Source: an uncultured Candidatus Saccharibacteria bacterium
GTDB taxonomy: Bacteria > Patescibacteriota > Minisyncoccia > UBA6257 > UBA11618
Direction of reading: 5' to 3'
DNA length: 64,000 nucleotides
Assembly (NCBI GenBank): GCA_964363475.1
Contig: CAYIII010000001.1
Span: 2,170-66,169 of the forward strand
The notes beneath the pieces were generated by a model, which was given only the letters and a program-made list of their open reading frames with translations, was not told the DNA's origin and did no database searches. Numbering within the stretch: position 1 is the stretch's first letter; each line of letters opens with the position of its first letter. Positions 1-8,293 of the stretch are shown in pieces. The translations under genes were made by a program, and so were the position numbers.

Positions 1-379
1 CAATTTTATAGTTTTCAATACATTGATTTACTGCCACCCTTGCTTCTTCTTCAGATATTCTCATTTTTTCTGCAACTTTCTTTATTTTTTCATCTTCTTC
101 CATTTTTAAGCGTTTTTTAAAACCCTCTATTATCGTTTCAATCGTCTTTTTATCCATCATACCAGCGGGAGGGGGGTTGTTAGGATTGGGAGGAAAGACA
201 AGGGGAACGGGAGGCGGAATAAAAACGGGTGGACGAAAAATTTCTGATACTAAAGATAATAAAGAAGACCAGAGGTTTAAGGGACTTTTAGTTAATTGGT
301 TATTACCTTGGGCAAAAACCAAAGAAATTCCCGTTAAAAAAACAAACAATCCAAAAAAAAGTGTTTTTCTAAAAATCAC
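1..379 (-). CDS. Hypothetical secreted protein, partial (runs off the left edge)
   Basis: Read manually: GTG at 379, MIFRKTLFFGLFVFLTGISLVFAQ signal-peptide-like start, Pro-rich linker, open to position 1; TATAAT 6 nt upstream. Confidence 0.6.
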   Translation of the reverse strand, partial: MIFRKTLFFGLFVFLTGISLVFAQGNNQLTKSPLNLWSSLLSLVSEIFRPPVFIPPPVPLVFPPNPNNPPPAGMMDKKTIETIIEGFKKRLKMEEDEKIKKVAEKMRISEEEARVAVNQCIENYKI

Positions 380-440
380 ACTTTTATTATAACACACCAA
401 CAAACCCCACCTTACATCCTTCATCACTTCACAAACAAAA

Positions 441-615
441 TATCAATTACCAATTTTCAATTTACAATCAATTTTCAATTATCAATTTTCAATAAAATCC
501 CAAATCCCAATGACCAATGTCCAACAAAATCCCAAAATCTCAAATCCCAATAACCAATTATCAATTGCCAATTTACAATCAATTTTCAATTACCAATTAT
601 CAATTATTGATAATT
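441..615 (+). repeat. Degenerate 7-bp periodic tandem array (NNNCAAT / ATCCCAA)
   Basis: tatcaat taccaat tttcaat ttacaat ... atcccaa atcccaa tgaccaa tgtccaa ... Confidence 0.85.
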
Positions 616-636
616 AGGTCTTTTGTTTTAGATATA

Positions 637-936
637 AACAACCACCCTCTTTCTCGACGAGGCCGTGGAGGCGAATAAGTTGGGGGGTGGCTGGTGTTTG
701 TTGAGAAAGGCGTCTCGGAAGCCGAGCGGGCATGGTACCAGCAGTCTTGTTATAATATTCTATTAACAAGACTGCTGGTGAGCGAGGCTGAGAGTCGAGT
801 GGTGATTTTCTCGCTGGAGAAAATCAACCACGTACTTTCGAGACAAACACCAGACAGGACCCCCCCTTCTTTTATATGAGCCGTAACACCTGCCTGCCGG
901 TAGGCAGGGGTTGAGGAGAGGAAGAGGGTGGTTGTT
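637..936 (+). repeat. Long nested hairpin element, copy 1 (ends shared with 27320-27540)
   Basis: Terminal inverted repeat aacaaccaccctctttctc / gaggaagagggtggttgtt; about 40 nt at each end nearly identical to copy 2. Confidence 0.8.
889..908. repeat. REP-like palindrome cctgcctgccggtaggcagg
   Basis: Exact 20-nt insertion relative to copy 2 (ccgtaaca|ggttgagg). Confidence 0.8.
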
Positions 937-1717
937 AATTCTCTTTATTTAATTTATAAAAATTCTCAAAAAGTTTTGCCACCAAAATAGGGCCGGTACC
1001 GCCGGGAGTAGGGGTGTAAAAACCTAATTTGGTCATTGGGATTTGGTCATTGGGATTTTTAAGGTCTGGCGGAAAACCAAAATCTATAATCCCCGCTCCC
1101 TCTTTAAGCCATTCGGGGTCAATTAAATCCTTTTGTCCAACGCCGGTAATAATCAAATCCGCGCCTAATAAAAACTTAGCCAGATTCTTTGTCTTGCTGT
1201 CCGCTATTTTAAATTTTAAATTTTCCCGCCCCAGCCACTTGATAACCGGCTGGCCAACCAACTTCCCCTTCCCCACCACAATAATTTTTAAACTATTCAA
1301 ATTTTTGACGCCCGCCCAATCCAACACCTCCTTAACCACTCCAACCACCGGTGGCTCAACCAGCGCGCCGGCAGTAAGAGCGTCCACATCTTTTTTCGCG
1401 TCAATATTAGACAATACTTTTTCCCTGTCAAATTTTTTTGGCAAAGGAAGCTGAACAATTACGCCGCCAATATTAAAATCGCCGGATATTTTCTTAACTT
1501 TTTCTTCCAAATCTTCTTGAGAAACCAAATCTGACAACTGATATATATCAAATCTAATGCTCAAAATACCCGCAATCTTTTCTTTTATTTTTAAAAAGGA
1601 CTGAGACGCTTTGTCATTACCCACTAAAATAGCGGCCAGAATTTTATCAGGAACAGGACTCGCCCTCAACCTCTCAACTATTTTGCCGGCAATTAATCTG
1701 CCGTCCACTTTTTGCAT
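935..1717 (-). CDS. folD: Methylenetetrahydrofolate dehydrogenase/cyclohydrolase
   Basis: GVIVQLPLP, KDVD, TPTPGGTGP motifs. Confidence 0.95.
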   Translation of the reverse strand: MQKVDGRLIAGKIVERLRASPVPDKILAAILVGNDKASQSFLKIKEKIAGILSIRFDIYQLSDLVSQEDLEEKVKKISGDFNIGGVIVQLPLPKKFDREKVLSNIDAKKDVDALTAGALVEPPVVGVVKEVLDWAGVKNLNSLKIIVVGKGKLVGQPVIKWLGRENLKFKIADSKTKNLAKFLLGADLIITGVGQKDLIDPEWLKEGAGIIDFGFPPDLKNPNDQIPMTKLGFYTPTPGGTGPILVAKLFENFYKLNKEN

Positions 1718-2907
1718 AATAACTCAATTTCCTTTTTTATTTTTGATGGTTTTTCTTTTTTTATTAATACTCTCTCAAACCAATCGGCAATTTTCCCCAT
1801 TTCCGCCTCTTTCATTCCTTGAGTCGTAACAGCGGGCGTGCCTAAACGCAAACCGGTTGGATAAAACGGCGAAGCGTCTCCCACGAGGGCGTTGCGGTTG
1901 GTCATAATCCCCGCTTCCTCAAGCAAGTTCTGGGACTTATGGCCATCTGAACCAAAACCCTTACAATCCAGCAGAATTATATGATTGTCCGTACCGCCAG
2001 TAACAAGCGTAAAATTGCGAGCCATTAATGCTTCCGCTAATTTCTTGGCATTTTTAATAATCTGCTTGCCATAATTTCTGAAAGAAGAATGGTTGGCCTC
2101 AAAAGCCATCAGGGCCTTAGCCGCTATTTCCTGATTATGAGGACCGCCTTGTAAGCCCGGAAAAACCGCCCTGTCAATTCTGTCCGCTAAATCTTTCTTG
2201 CAAAAAATAACAGCGCTACGAGGGCCTCTTAATGTTTTGTGCGTAGTTGTCATAACAACATCCGCATCCGCAAAAGGAGAGGGATGAACGCCGGCAACAA
2301 CCAGCCCCGCGATATGTGAAATATCCGCCACATAATAAGCGCTGACTTTTTTTGATATTCTCCCAAATTCAGAAAAATCAATTTTTCTGGGATAAGATGA
2401 TGCTCCGGAAATAATTATTCTGGGCTGTTGTTCAGCGGCCATCTTTTCAACATCTTTGTAATTTATCAAGCCAGTTTCCGGGTCAACTCCGTATTGAACG
2501 GACTTGTAATACAAACCGGAAAAATTAACTTTATGCCCATGCGTTAAATGGCCACCGGCCGGCAAGGACATGCCCATTATAGTTTCTCCGGGTCGCAATA
2601 AAGAAAAATATATGGCTAGATTTGCGGATGAACCGGAATAGGGCTGAACATTTACATGCCAGTCATTATTTAATTTGAAAAGTTTTTTGAGCCGTTCAAT
2701 GGCCAACAGCTCAATTTTGTCATAAATCTCATTGCCGGAATAATAACGCTTCCCCGGATAACCTTCAGAGTATTTATTGGTCAAAACCGACCCCAAAACC
2801 CGCCTTATTTCTGGAGATACATAGTTTTCCGAAGCAATAAGATTTATAGTCGCGGCTTGTCTTTTTTCCTCGGTTCTTATCAGTTTTTCCAGTATTTTAT
2901 CATTCAT
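1693..2907 (-). CDS. glyA: Serine hydroxymethyltransferase
   Basis: LIASEN, KYSEGYPGKRYY, TTTHKTLRGPR. Confidence 0.98.
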   Translation of the reverse strand: MNDKILEKLIRTEEKRQAATINLIASENYVSPEIRRVLGSVLTNKYSEGYPGKRYYSGNEIYDKIELLAIERLKKLFKLNNDWHVNVQPYSGSSANLAIYFSLLRPGETIMGMSLPAGGHLTHGHKVNFSGLYYKSVQYGVDPETGLINYKDVEKMAAEQQPRIIISGASSYPRKIDFSEFGRISKKVSAYYVADISHIAGLVVAGVHPSPFADADVVMTTTHKTLRGPRSAVIFCKKDLADRIDRAVFPGLQGGPHNQEIAAKALMAFEANHSSFRNYGKQIIKNAKKLAEALMARNFTLVTGGTDNHIILLDCKGFGSDGHKSQNLLEEAGIMTNRNALVGDASPFYPTGLRLGTPAVTTQGMKEAEMGKIADWFERVLIKKEKPSKIKKEIELLCKKWTAD

Positions 2908-2989
2908 AATAATTAACGCCTTAACTCTAGTGGAGTTCGCGCAAAAAATCCATTTATTAAAAAATCTGTTTATATTCTATACTTAATAA

Positions 2990-4312
2990 GTGGAGTTGCT
3001 TAACTGGCGAAATCTGTTAATTGTCTTTATTCTTTGGGGACTGATATTTTCAGGGGGACTGTTTTGGCAGGAGAAACTTTCCGAACAAACCAATCAAAGA
3101 TACAAGATAGCTAGAAAAACAATCGAACTTCCGCCCGTTAAAGAATTTACATTTGATAAGCCGACCGCGGAAGAACAAAAAAAGATTGAGGTTGAAGAAG
3201 AAAATTTCAAAAAGAACGACGAAGAAGAACTGGTAACCATACCTCTTAAAAGCGCCATCAAAGTTTTTCAGTGCGATAAAAAAAACTGTGGTCTTCTTGG
3301 AAAATTTGACCCGGGCACAGAGTTAAAATTTAATCTGCAATTAATTGACCCAGATTCGAAATGGCTTTCAGTTCCATGGCCCGACCCAAGCGCCGGACCA
3401 AAAACGGGATATATTCAGATTATCGACCTTGAAACAGCCGTTCAAGAGCCACCGATATTACCGCAGGTTATTCTTGATGTTACGGACATTAAACTTGAGC
3501 CGATAAATCCGGTGGATATTAATCCTCAAACGATAGTGGGGATAATGTGCGAATTTTATAATCCTGAAACCAAAGAAACCAAAACGACAAGGGGCTCGGG
3601 GGTCATAGTCACCGATGAGGGACATATATTAACCGCGAGAAGTTTGATAAACCTAAATTATCTGAACGAGGGACTGGAAAATTTTAAAATAGAAAATTGC
3701 CTGGTCGGCTCCATACCGCAGTCAGAGTCACTCCCGTCATTAGAAGCTATTCAGCGACTTAACGCCTTCGCGCGCATTCCTCTTTTGCCCTACATCGCCG
3801 AAGTATTTTACGCGCCCAATGAAATCGGGCTAAGCGAATATGAGAAATCATGGCTTGATTTTTCCATAATACAAATTAACGACCTTAATCCCGACGCTAA
3901 ATTTTTCGGCATCACTAAAATCCCCGATAAATTTCCTTATGCTCCGATGTTAATATCCGACATACCAAAAATTAACGAAATGGTTCTTAGTTTCGGCTTC
4001 CCCAGCGAAGCCACCGTGAGCAATAAAACAGACACAAAAACATTATTTATACAGGGGTTAATAAGCCGCGTTGTCAATTATTGGGCCGGAGACAGCAGAT
4101 ATGACGAGGACCTTTTTATGATAGAAACACGTCCGGACGCGGGAGGCACATCGGGAGGACGTTTTGGCTCTCCTATTTTTTGGAAGGGCTATGTAATAGG
4201 CATTCATACCGTTAAACAAAGAGAATCCCTTCAGGTATTTAACATAAGCGCCAAAGCAATTTTGGCAAACTTATACGATAACGGCATCGGGGTCCTTCTA
4301 GAAGTTTATTAG
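2990..4312 (+). CDS. Membrane-anchored trypsin-like protein with degenerate active site and SH3-like domain
   Basis: N-terminal TM; GSGVIV..GHILTARS, GGRFGSPIF; paralog of 8636-9610. Confidence 0.75.
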   Translation: MELLNWRNLLIVFILWGLIFSGGLFWQEKLSEQTNQRYKIARKTIELPPVKEFTFDKPTAEEQKKIEVEEENFKKNDEEELVTIPLKSAIKVFQCDKKNCGLLGKFDPGTELKFNLQLIDPDSKWLSVPWPDPSAGPKTGYIQIIDLETAVQEPPILPQVILDVTDIKLEPINPVDINPQTIVGIMCEFYNPETKETKTTRGSGVIVTDEGHILTARSLINLNYLNEGLENFKIENCLVGSIPQSESLPSLEAIQRLNAFARIPLLPYIAEVFYAPNEIGLSEYEKSWLDFSIIQINDLNPDAKFFGITKIPDKFPYAPMLISDIPKINEMVLSFGFPSEATVSNKTDTKTLFIQGLISRVVNYWAGDSRYDEDLFMIETRPDAGGTSGGRFGSPIFWKGYVIGIHTVKQRESLQVFNISAKAILANLYDNGIGVLLEVY

Positions 4313-5323
4313 AAAAAACCATAAAATTTTTTGCCGCCACCAGCTGTTTTTTAATTGAAAATCCAATTTTTCCCCCTCCTTCTTCCAACTTTCTATTATA
4401 GAAATAAGTTTATTTATCATATTTTGTTTTTGAAAAACAACTCCCCCTTCCATCATATTATTAAAACTCAAAGCATCAATGTTTTGGGAACCGACCAGGG
4501 CTTCGGTTTTATCAATCAATAACGCCTTGGCATGAATCATTTTTTTAACAAAATAAAAATTGATGCCCGGACGATAAACCAAAGAAGCAAAAAAGTGATT
4601 TGCCAGATTCATAACAAATACATCTGTTTTCTTCGGCAAAAGAATGTCAATAATCGCGCCACGTTCAACGGCTTTGTATAAAGATTTTACCAGCCAAGGG
4701 TAAGGAACGAAGTAGGGAGTGATAATTGTAATGTTATTTTTCGCCTCCGATAAGACCTTTTGATAATGTTTTTTTAGAACATATTTTTTGCGTCCGGGCC
4801 AATGTTCAATGACTTTTATCTTTAATTTGCCTATAATTGATTTTTTAACGCTGATTCTGTCCCGTCCGCCGGAAAAATAATAGGTCTTCACGAAAGAGCG
4901 CAGTAAATAATTTACGATTCTGCCCTCTAATCTGATATGAAGGTCAAGCCAATGACGATGATGCTTGGCCAAATTAACTCCGCCGATAAAAGCTATTTTT
5001 TCATCAATGATTAGCAATTTTTTGTGATTTCTGCCCAATAAGCCGTGTCCTTTAAAAAATAAAATTTCCGCACCGGCGTCTTCCAGTGCCTTTCTTGTTT
5101 TAGAGCTCAAGAAAAAACTTCCCCAATAATCGGCAATAATTTTGACACTTAATCCCGCCTCCGCCTTTTCTTTTAAAGTATCAAAAATTTTTTGATTAAG
5201 TTCATCGCCATCGGTGTCAAGCAAAATATAACTTTCCCAATAAATAGATTTTTGGCTTAATTTTAACGCTTCTAACATCCCCTCCCAGGTCTTTTCCGAG
5301 GTTGTATAAAATTTATATCTCAT
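4298..5323 (-). CDS. Phospholipase D family / cardiolipin synthase-like
   Basis: Two HKD motifs (HKKLLIIDEK, HAKALLIDK), ITPYFVP. Confidence 0.9.
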   Translation of the reverse strand: MRYKFYTTSEKTWEGMLEALKLSQKSIYWESYILLDTDGDELNQKIFDTLKEKAEAGLSVKIIADYWGSFFLSSKTRKALEDAGAEILFFKGHGLLGRNHKKLLIIDEKIAFIGGVNLAKHHRHWLDLHIRLEGRIVNYLLRSFVKTYYFSGGRDRISVKKSIIGKLKIKVIEHWPGRKKYVLKKHYQKVLSEAKNNITIITPYFVPYPWLVKSLYKAVERGAIIDILLPKKTDVFVMNLANHFFASLVYRPGINFYFVKKMIHAKALLIDKTEALVGSQNIDALSFNNMMEGGVVFQKQNMINKLISIIESWKKEGEKLDFQLKNSWWRQKILWFFLINF

Positions 5324-5942
5324 CCTTTAAATTAACGGCTCCTTCCCTTAAAATTTGGGGCGGATTGGAAGTAACGTCAATAATTGTGGAAGAAACTCCG
5401 AAACTTTTCAAAGTTCCCCCATCCAGAATCAGATCAACGGAATCAAGAAGTGATTCGGGAATGTCATTAACCGTTAAAATACTATTTTGTCCGGATAAAT
5501 TAGCAGAGGTGCCAATAATGGGTAATTGCAGTTCTTTTATAAGATCGGTCGCTATCCTGTTTTTGGGCCAACGCACGGCTACTTTATCGCTATTAGCCGT
5601 CACCTCGCTGGAAACTTTTTTATTTTTGTAAAAAACAATTGTTAATTGGCCCGGCCAATATTTTTTTATCAGTTCTTTTGCCAATGGAGGTATTTCTTTT
5701 ACTAAAATTTCCAATTGCTTAATGTTGGCGATTAAAATCGGAAGCGCTTTGTTCTCCTTTCTTTTTTTGGCCAAAAAAATCTTTTTTACCGCATTTACAT
5801 TAAACGCATCACATCCTATTCCATAAACAGTATCAGTCGGAAAAATAACCAAACCACCGCTCCTCATAACAGAAGCGGCCTTTTTGATATTAACTGCGGT
5901 AGGCCTTAAAATCTTTTGGGCTTTTTGTTGTTCTAATTCCAT
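5313..5942 (-). CDS. tsaC: L-threonylcarbamoyladenylate synthase (TsaC/Sua5)
   Basis: FPTDTVYGIG, WPGQLT, TSANLSG. Confidence 0.93.
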   Translation of the reverse strand: MELEQQKAQKILRPTAVNIKKAASVMRSGGLVIFPTDTVYGIGCDAFNVNAVKKIFLAKKRKENKALPILIANIKQLEILVKEIPPLAKELIKKYWPGQLTIVFYKNKKVSSEVTANSDKVAVRWPKNRIATDLIKELQLPIIGTSANLSGQNSILTVNDIPESLLDSVDLILDGGTLKSFGVSSTIIDVTSNPPQILREGAVNLKDEI

Positions 5943-7152
5943 TGTGATTTAAAAATTTTGATCCGAGCAAAATACTTGCCGCTAATATTAAAACGGCGCT
6001 TATTATAAATGGAAAAAAAGACCCATATTTTTGCCAAACAAATCCCGCTGTTATATTACCAATAATAGTGGAAAAGCCAATCACGGTATGATAAAGGCCA
6101 AAGGCCTCTCCTCGATTTTCTTTGAAGGATAAATCAGAAACAAATGCCTTCAAAACGCCGTCTGTAATACCGATAAATAAACCGTACAACACAAATAAGG
6201 GCCAAAGATAAGCTGTGTCGGTAACATAGGCAAAACCGATGTTAACTAAGGCAAATAATACAAAAGCCGATACCAATACCGGCACTCGCCCAACTTTATC
6301 AGAAAAACTTCCGGAAGGATAAGCGCTGGAAGCATAAAAAATATTGTAAAACAGATAAAGAACGGGGATTAAAAATATAGCCATCCGCAATTCATTGGCT
6401 TTTAAAATATAAAAAGAATAACTGTAATTTGCCAGACCGAAAAGCGCCGCTATTATTAAAAAAAATTTGAAATCAAAAGAAAATTTACCAAATTGAAAAA
6501 TTTTTTTAATTTCTCTGGAAGAATGCTTGCTTCCATCTTGATGCGGAGAAACTTCTTTAACAAAGAAAAGGAGGGATATGCCGATGACGGCGGGAATAAA
6601 AGACAGTAGAAGTATGAGCCGAATAGCATCTGCGACGGCTTTATTGTCAAAGTTACCAAAAGATTGAAAATAATAAAGTATAAGTATGGCAATAAGAGTA
6701 CCGATAACGGCGCCCAAAGTGTCGCTTGCGCGATGCAGGCCAAAATATTTACCTCGCTCTTCAGGACTCACCGATTCCGCAATTAAAGCGTCTCTGGGAG
6801 AAGTGCGAACGCCCTTGCCAATTCTATCCAAAGAACGAAAAAATAAGATAGACAGAGGACTGGCGGCCAAAGCAAAAAATAATTTAGAAACCGCGCTCAA
6901 ACTGTAACCCAAAAGCGTTAACTCCTTGCGACGGTGAATAACATCCGATAAATATCCTGAAAAATATTTCAATAAAGACGCCAACCCCTCCGCTATCCCC
7001 TCAATAACGCCAATCATTGAAAATGAGGCGCCTAAAACATTTTTTAGAAAAATAGGCAAAATGGGAAAAATCATTTCCGAGCTTATATCGGTAAAAAAAG
7101 ATGTGGCCGACAGCCACCAAACATTGGATTTAAGATTTTTTTTGTTTTCCAT
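5890..7152 (-). CDS. MFS transporter
   Basis: About 12 TM, DRIGKGVRTSPRDALI motif. Confidence 0.9.
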   Translation of the reverse strand: MENKKNLKSNVWWLSATSFFTDISSEMIFPILPIFLKNVLGASFSMIGVIEGIAEGLASLLKYFSGYLSDVIHRRKELTLLGYSLSAVSKLFFALAASPLSILFFRSLDRIGKGVRTSPRDALIAESVSPEERGKYFGLHRASDTLGAVIGTLIAILILYYFQSFGNFDNKAVADAIRLILLLSFIPAVIGISLLFFVKEVSPHQDGSKHSSREIKKIFQFGKFSFDFKFFLIIAALFGLANYSYSFYILKANELRMAIFLIPVLYLFYNIFYASSAYPSGSFSDKVGRVPVLVSAFVLFALVNIGFAYVTDTAYLWPLFVLYGLFIGITDGVLKAFVSDLSFKENRGEAFGLYHTVIGFSTIIGNITAGFVWQKYGSFFPFIISAVLILAASILLGSKFLNHNGIRTTKSPKDFKAYRS

Positions 7153-7777
7153 AAATATAAAAATAAATGACGCTAGAAATAAATATAATTATTAAGGCAA
7201 TTAAAAAATATTTTTCAAAGGCGGCAATTTGCCAAGCGTATTTTTCATATTCTTTTCCTAAATACCATCCCAAAAGAGATAAACTAGTTACACGAATAAA
7301 GGTGCCGAAAAAGGTAGTAAGTAAAAATTCACGCAAATTTAAACGAATCAATCCGCAAAAAATAGTGACTGTGCTAACAGGCAAAATAGGCACGATTCGT
7401 AAAAATAGTAACGCAAATTCATCAATATGGCCAGAAGTAAATTTTTTATTCAATTTTTCTATTTTCTGCCAATTTAAATTGATATATCTCCCCCATTTTT
7501 CAACAAAAGGTTTGCCCCCCCAGTAAACCAGACGATATAATAAGAAACTTCCTAAAGTTACTCCTAACGCGCCCGGCAATCCTATTTTAAATATGGATGT
7601 CACCACCGCATAAAAACCGCTTGCATAGGGATCAATTAATAAAAAACCGATGGCTATAAAAATTATTGAAGATGGAATAAAAACGACTATTTCTTCAATT
7701 ACGCCCAATAAAAAAACCGCCGCTAAACCATAAGCGGCAACAAAATATCTCATCAACTCTAGATAATCGTTAACCAT
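7130..7777 (-). CDS. DedA/VTT family membrane protein
   Basis: EEIVVFIPS, LRIVPILP, hydrophobic profile. Confidence 0.85.
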   Translation of the reverse strand: MVNDYLELMRYFVAAYGLAAVFLLGVIEEIVVFIPSSIIFIAIGFLLIDPYASGFYAVVTSIFKIGLPGALGVTLGSFLLYRLVYWGGKPFVEKWGRYINLNWQKIEKLNKKFTSGHIDEFALLFLRIVPILPVSTVTIFCGLIRLNLREFLLTTFFGTFIRVTSLSLLGWYLGKEYEKYAWQIAAFEKYFLIALIIIFISSVIYFYIYGKQKKS

Positions 7778-7798
7778 TTTGTAATTATAATAGCATTA

Positions 7799-7824
7799 TG
7801 GGGTGTCTGACGGGAATCGAAACC
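7799..7824 (-). pseudogene. Orphan 3' fragment of a tRNA (His-like)
   Basis: Minus strand GGTTTCGATT CCCGT CAGACAC C CCA = T loop, T-stem 3' strand, acceptor 3' strand, C73 discriminator, CCA. Confidence 0.75.
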
Positions 7825-7834
7825 ATATAACAGG

Positions 7835-7906
7835 GGAGGCATACCAGGATCGAACTGGCGCTAAGGCTGCCACAGAGCCTTGTGCTACCACTACACCAAT
7901 GCCTCC
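7835..7906 (-). tRNA. tRNA-His(GTG)
   Basis: G-1, acceptor GAGGCAT/ATGCCTC, C73, anticodon arm AGGCT-CTGTGGC-AGCCT, T loop TTCGATC. Confidence 0.93.
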
Positions 7907-7909
7907 ATA

Positions 7910-8255
7910 TTAACGAATAATTAACCTACGAACATAACCATGATCTAATCCGAGATGCTTGCCTATAGATCTATAAGACAGACCTTTTTCCCTGAGCAAC
8001 TTACACTTATTTTCTTTACTTTGCAACAACTTCCTCTTTTGATTATGAATCATTAGCAACAGAGTAAACCCAACTGTCCTTCCAATGTTCTTTTCTCTTC
8101 CTTGTTTTAAATATATTCCCCATATTAGAAAATGTTTTAATTTTTTGTAGAACTTCTTCATTAGTTTGAGGAATTGAAATACGATAATTAGTTGGATCGT
8201 GCTTTAAAATACTGCCTTCACCGTCAAAAAAACCAGCTATATAATTCCAATCCAT
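7910..8255 (-). pseudogene. LAGLIDADG homing endonuclease with C-terminal HTH, broken into two frames
   Basis: 8043-8255 MDWNYIAGFFDGEGSI motif ends at TAA after 70 aa; the overlapping frame ends LREKGLSYRSIGKHLGLDHGYVRRLI (HTH). Confidence 0.8.
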
Positions 8256-8293
8256 TGTCTAATTATATCTTACTTGGTGACAAAGTTATATTG

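Noticed and set aside
441-615. CRISPR array, also considered for 17225-17470
   Set aside because: 7-bp periodicity without repeat-spacer structure; no cas operon; the PD-(D/E)XK gene alone is not evidence
694-879. 61-aa ORF, and likewise the 75-aa ORF at 27282-27509
   Set aside because: Lie within hairpin repeat elements; no protein motifs
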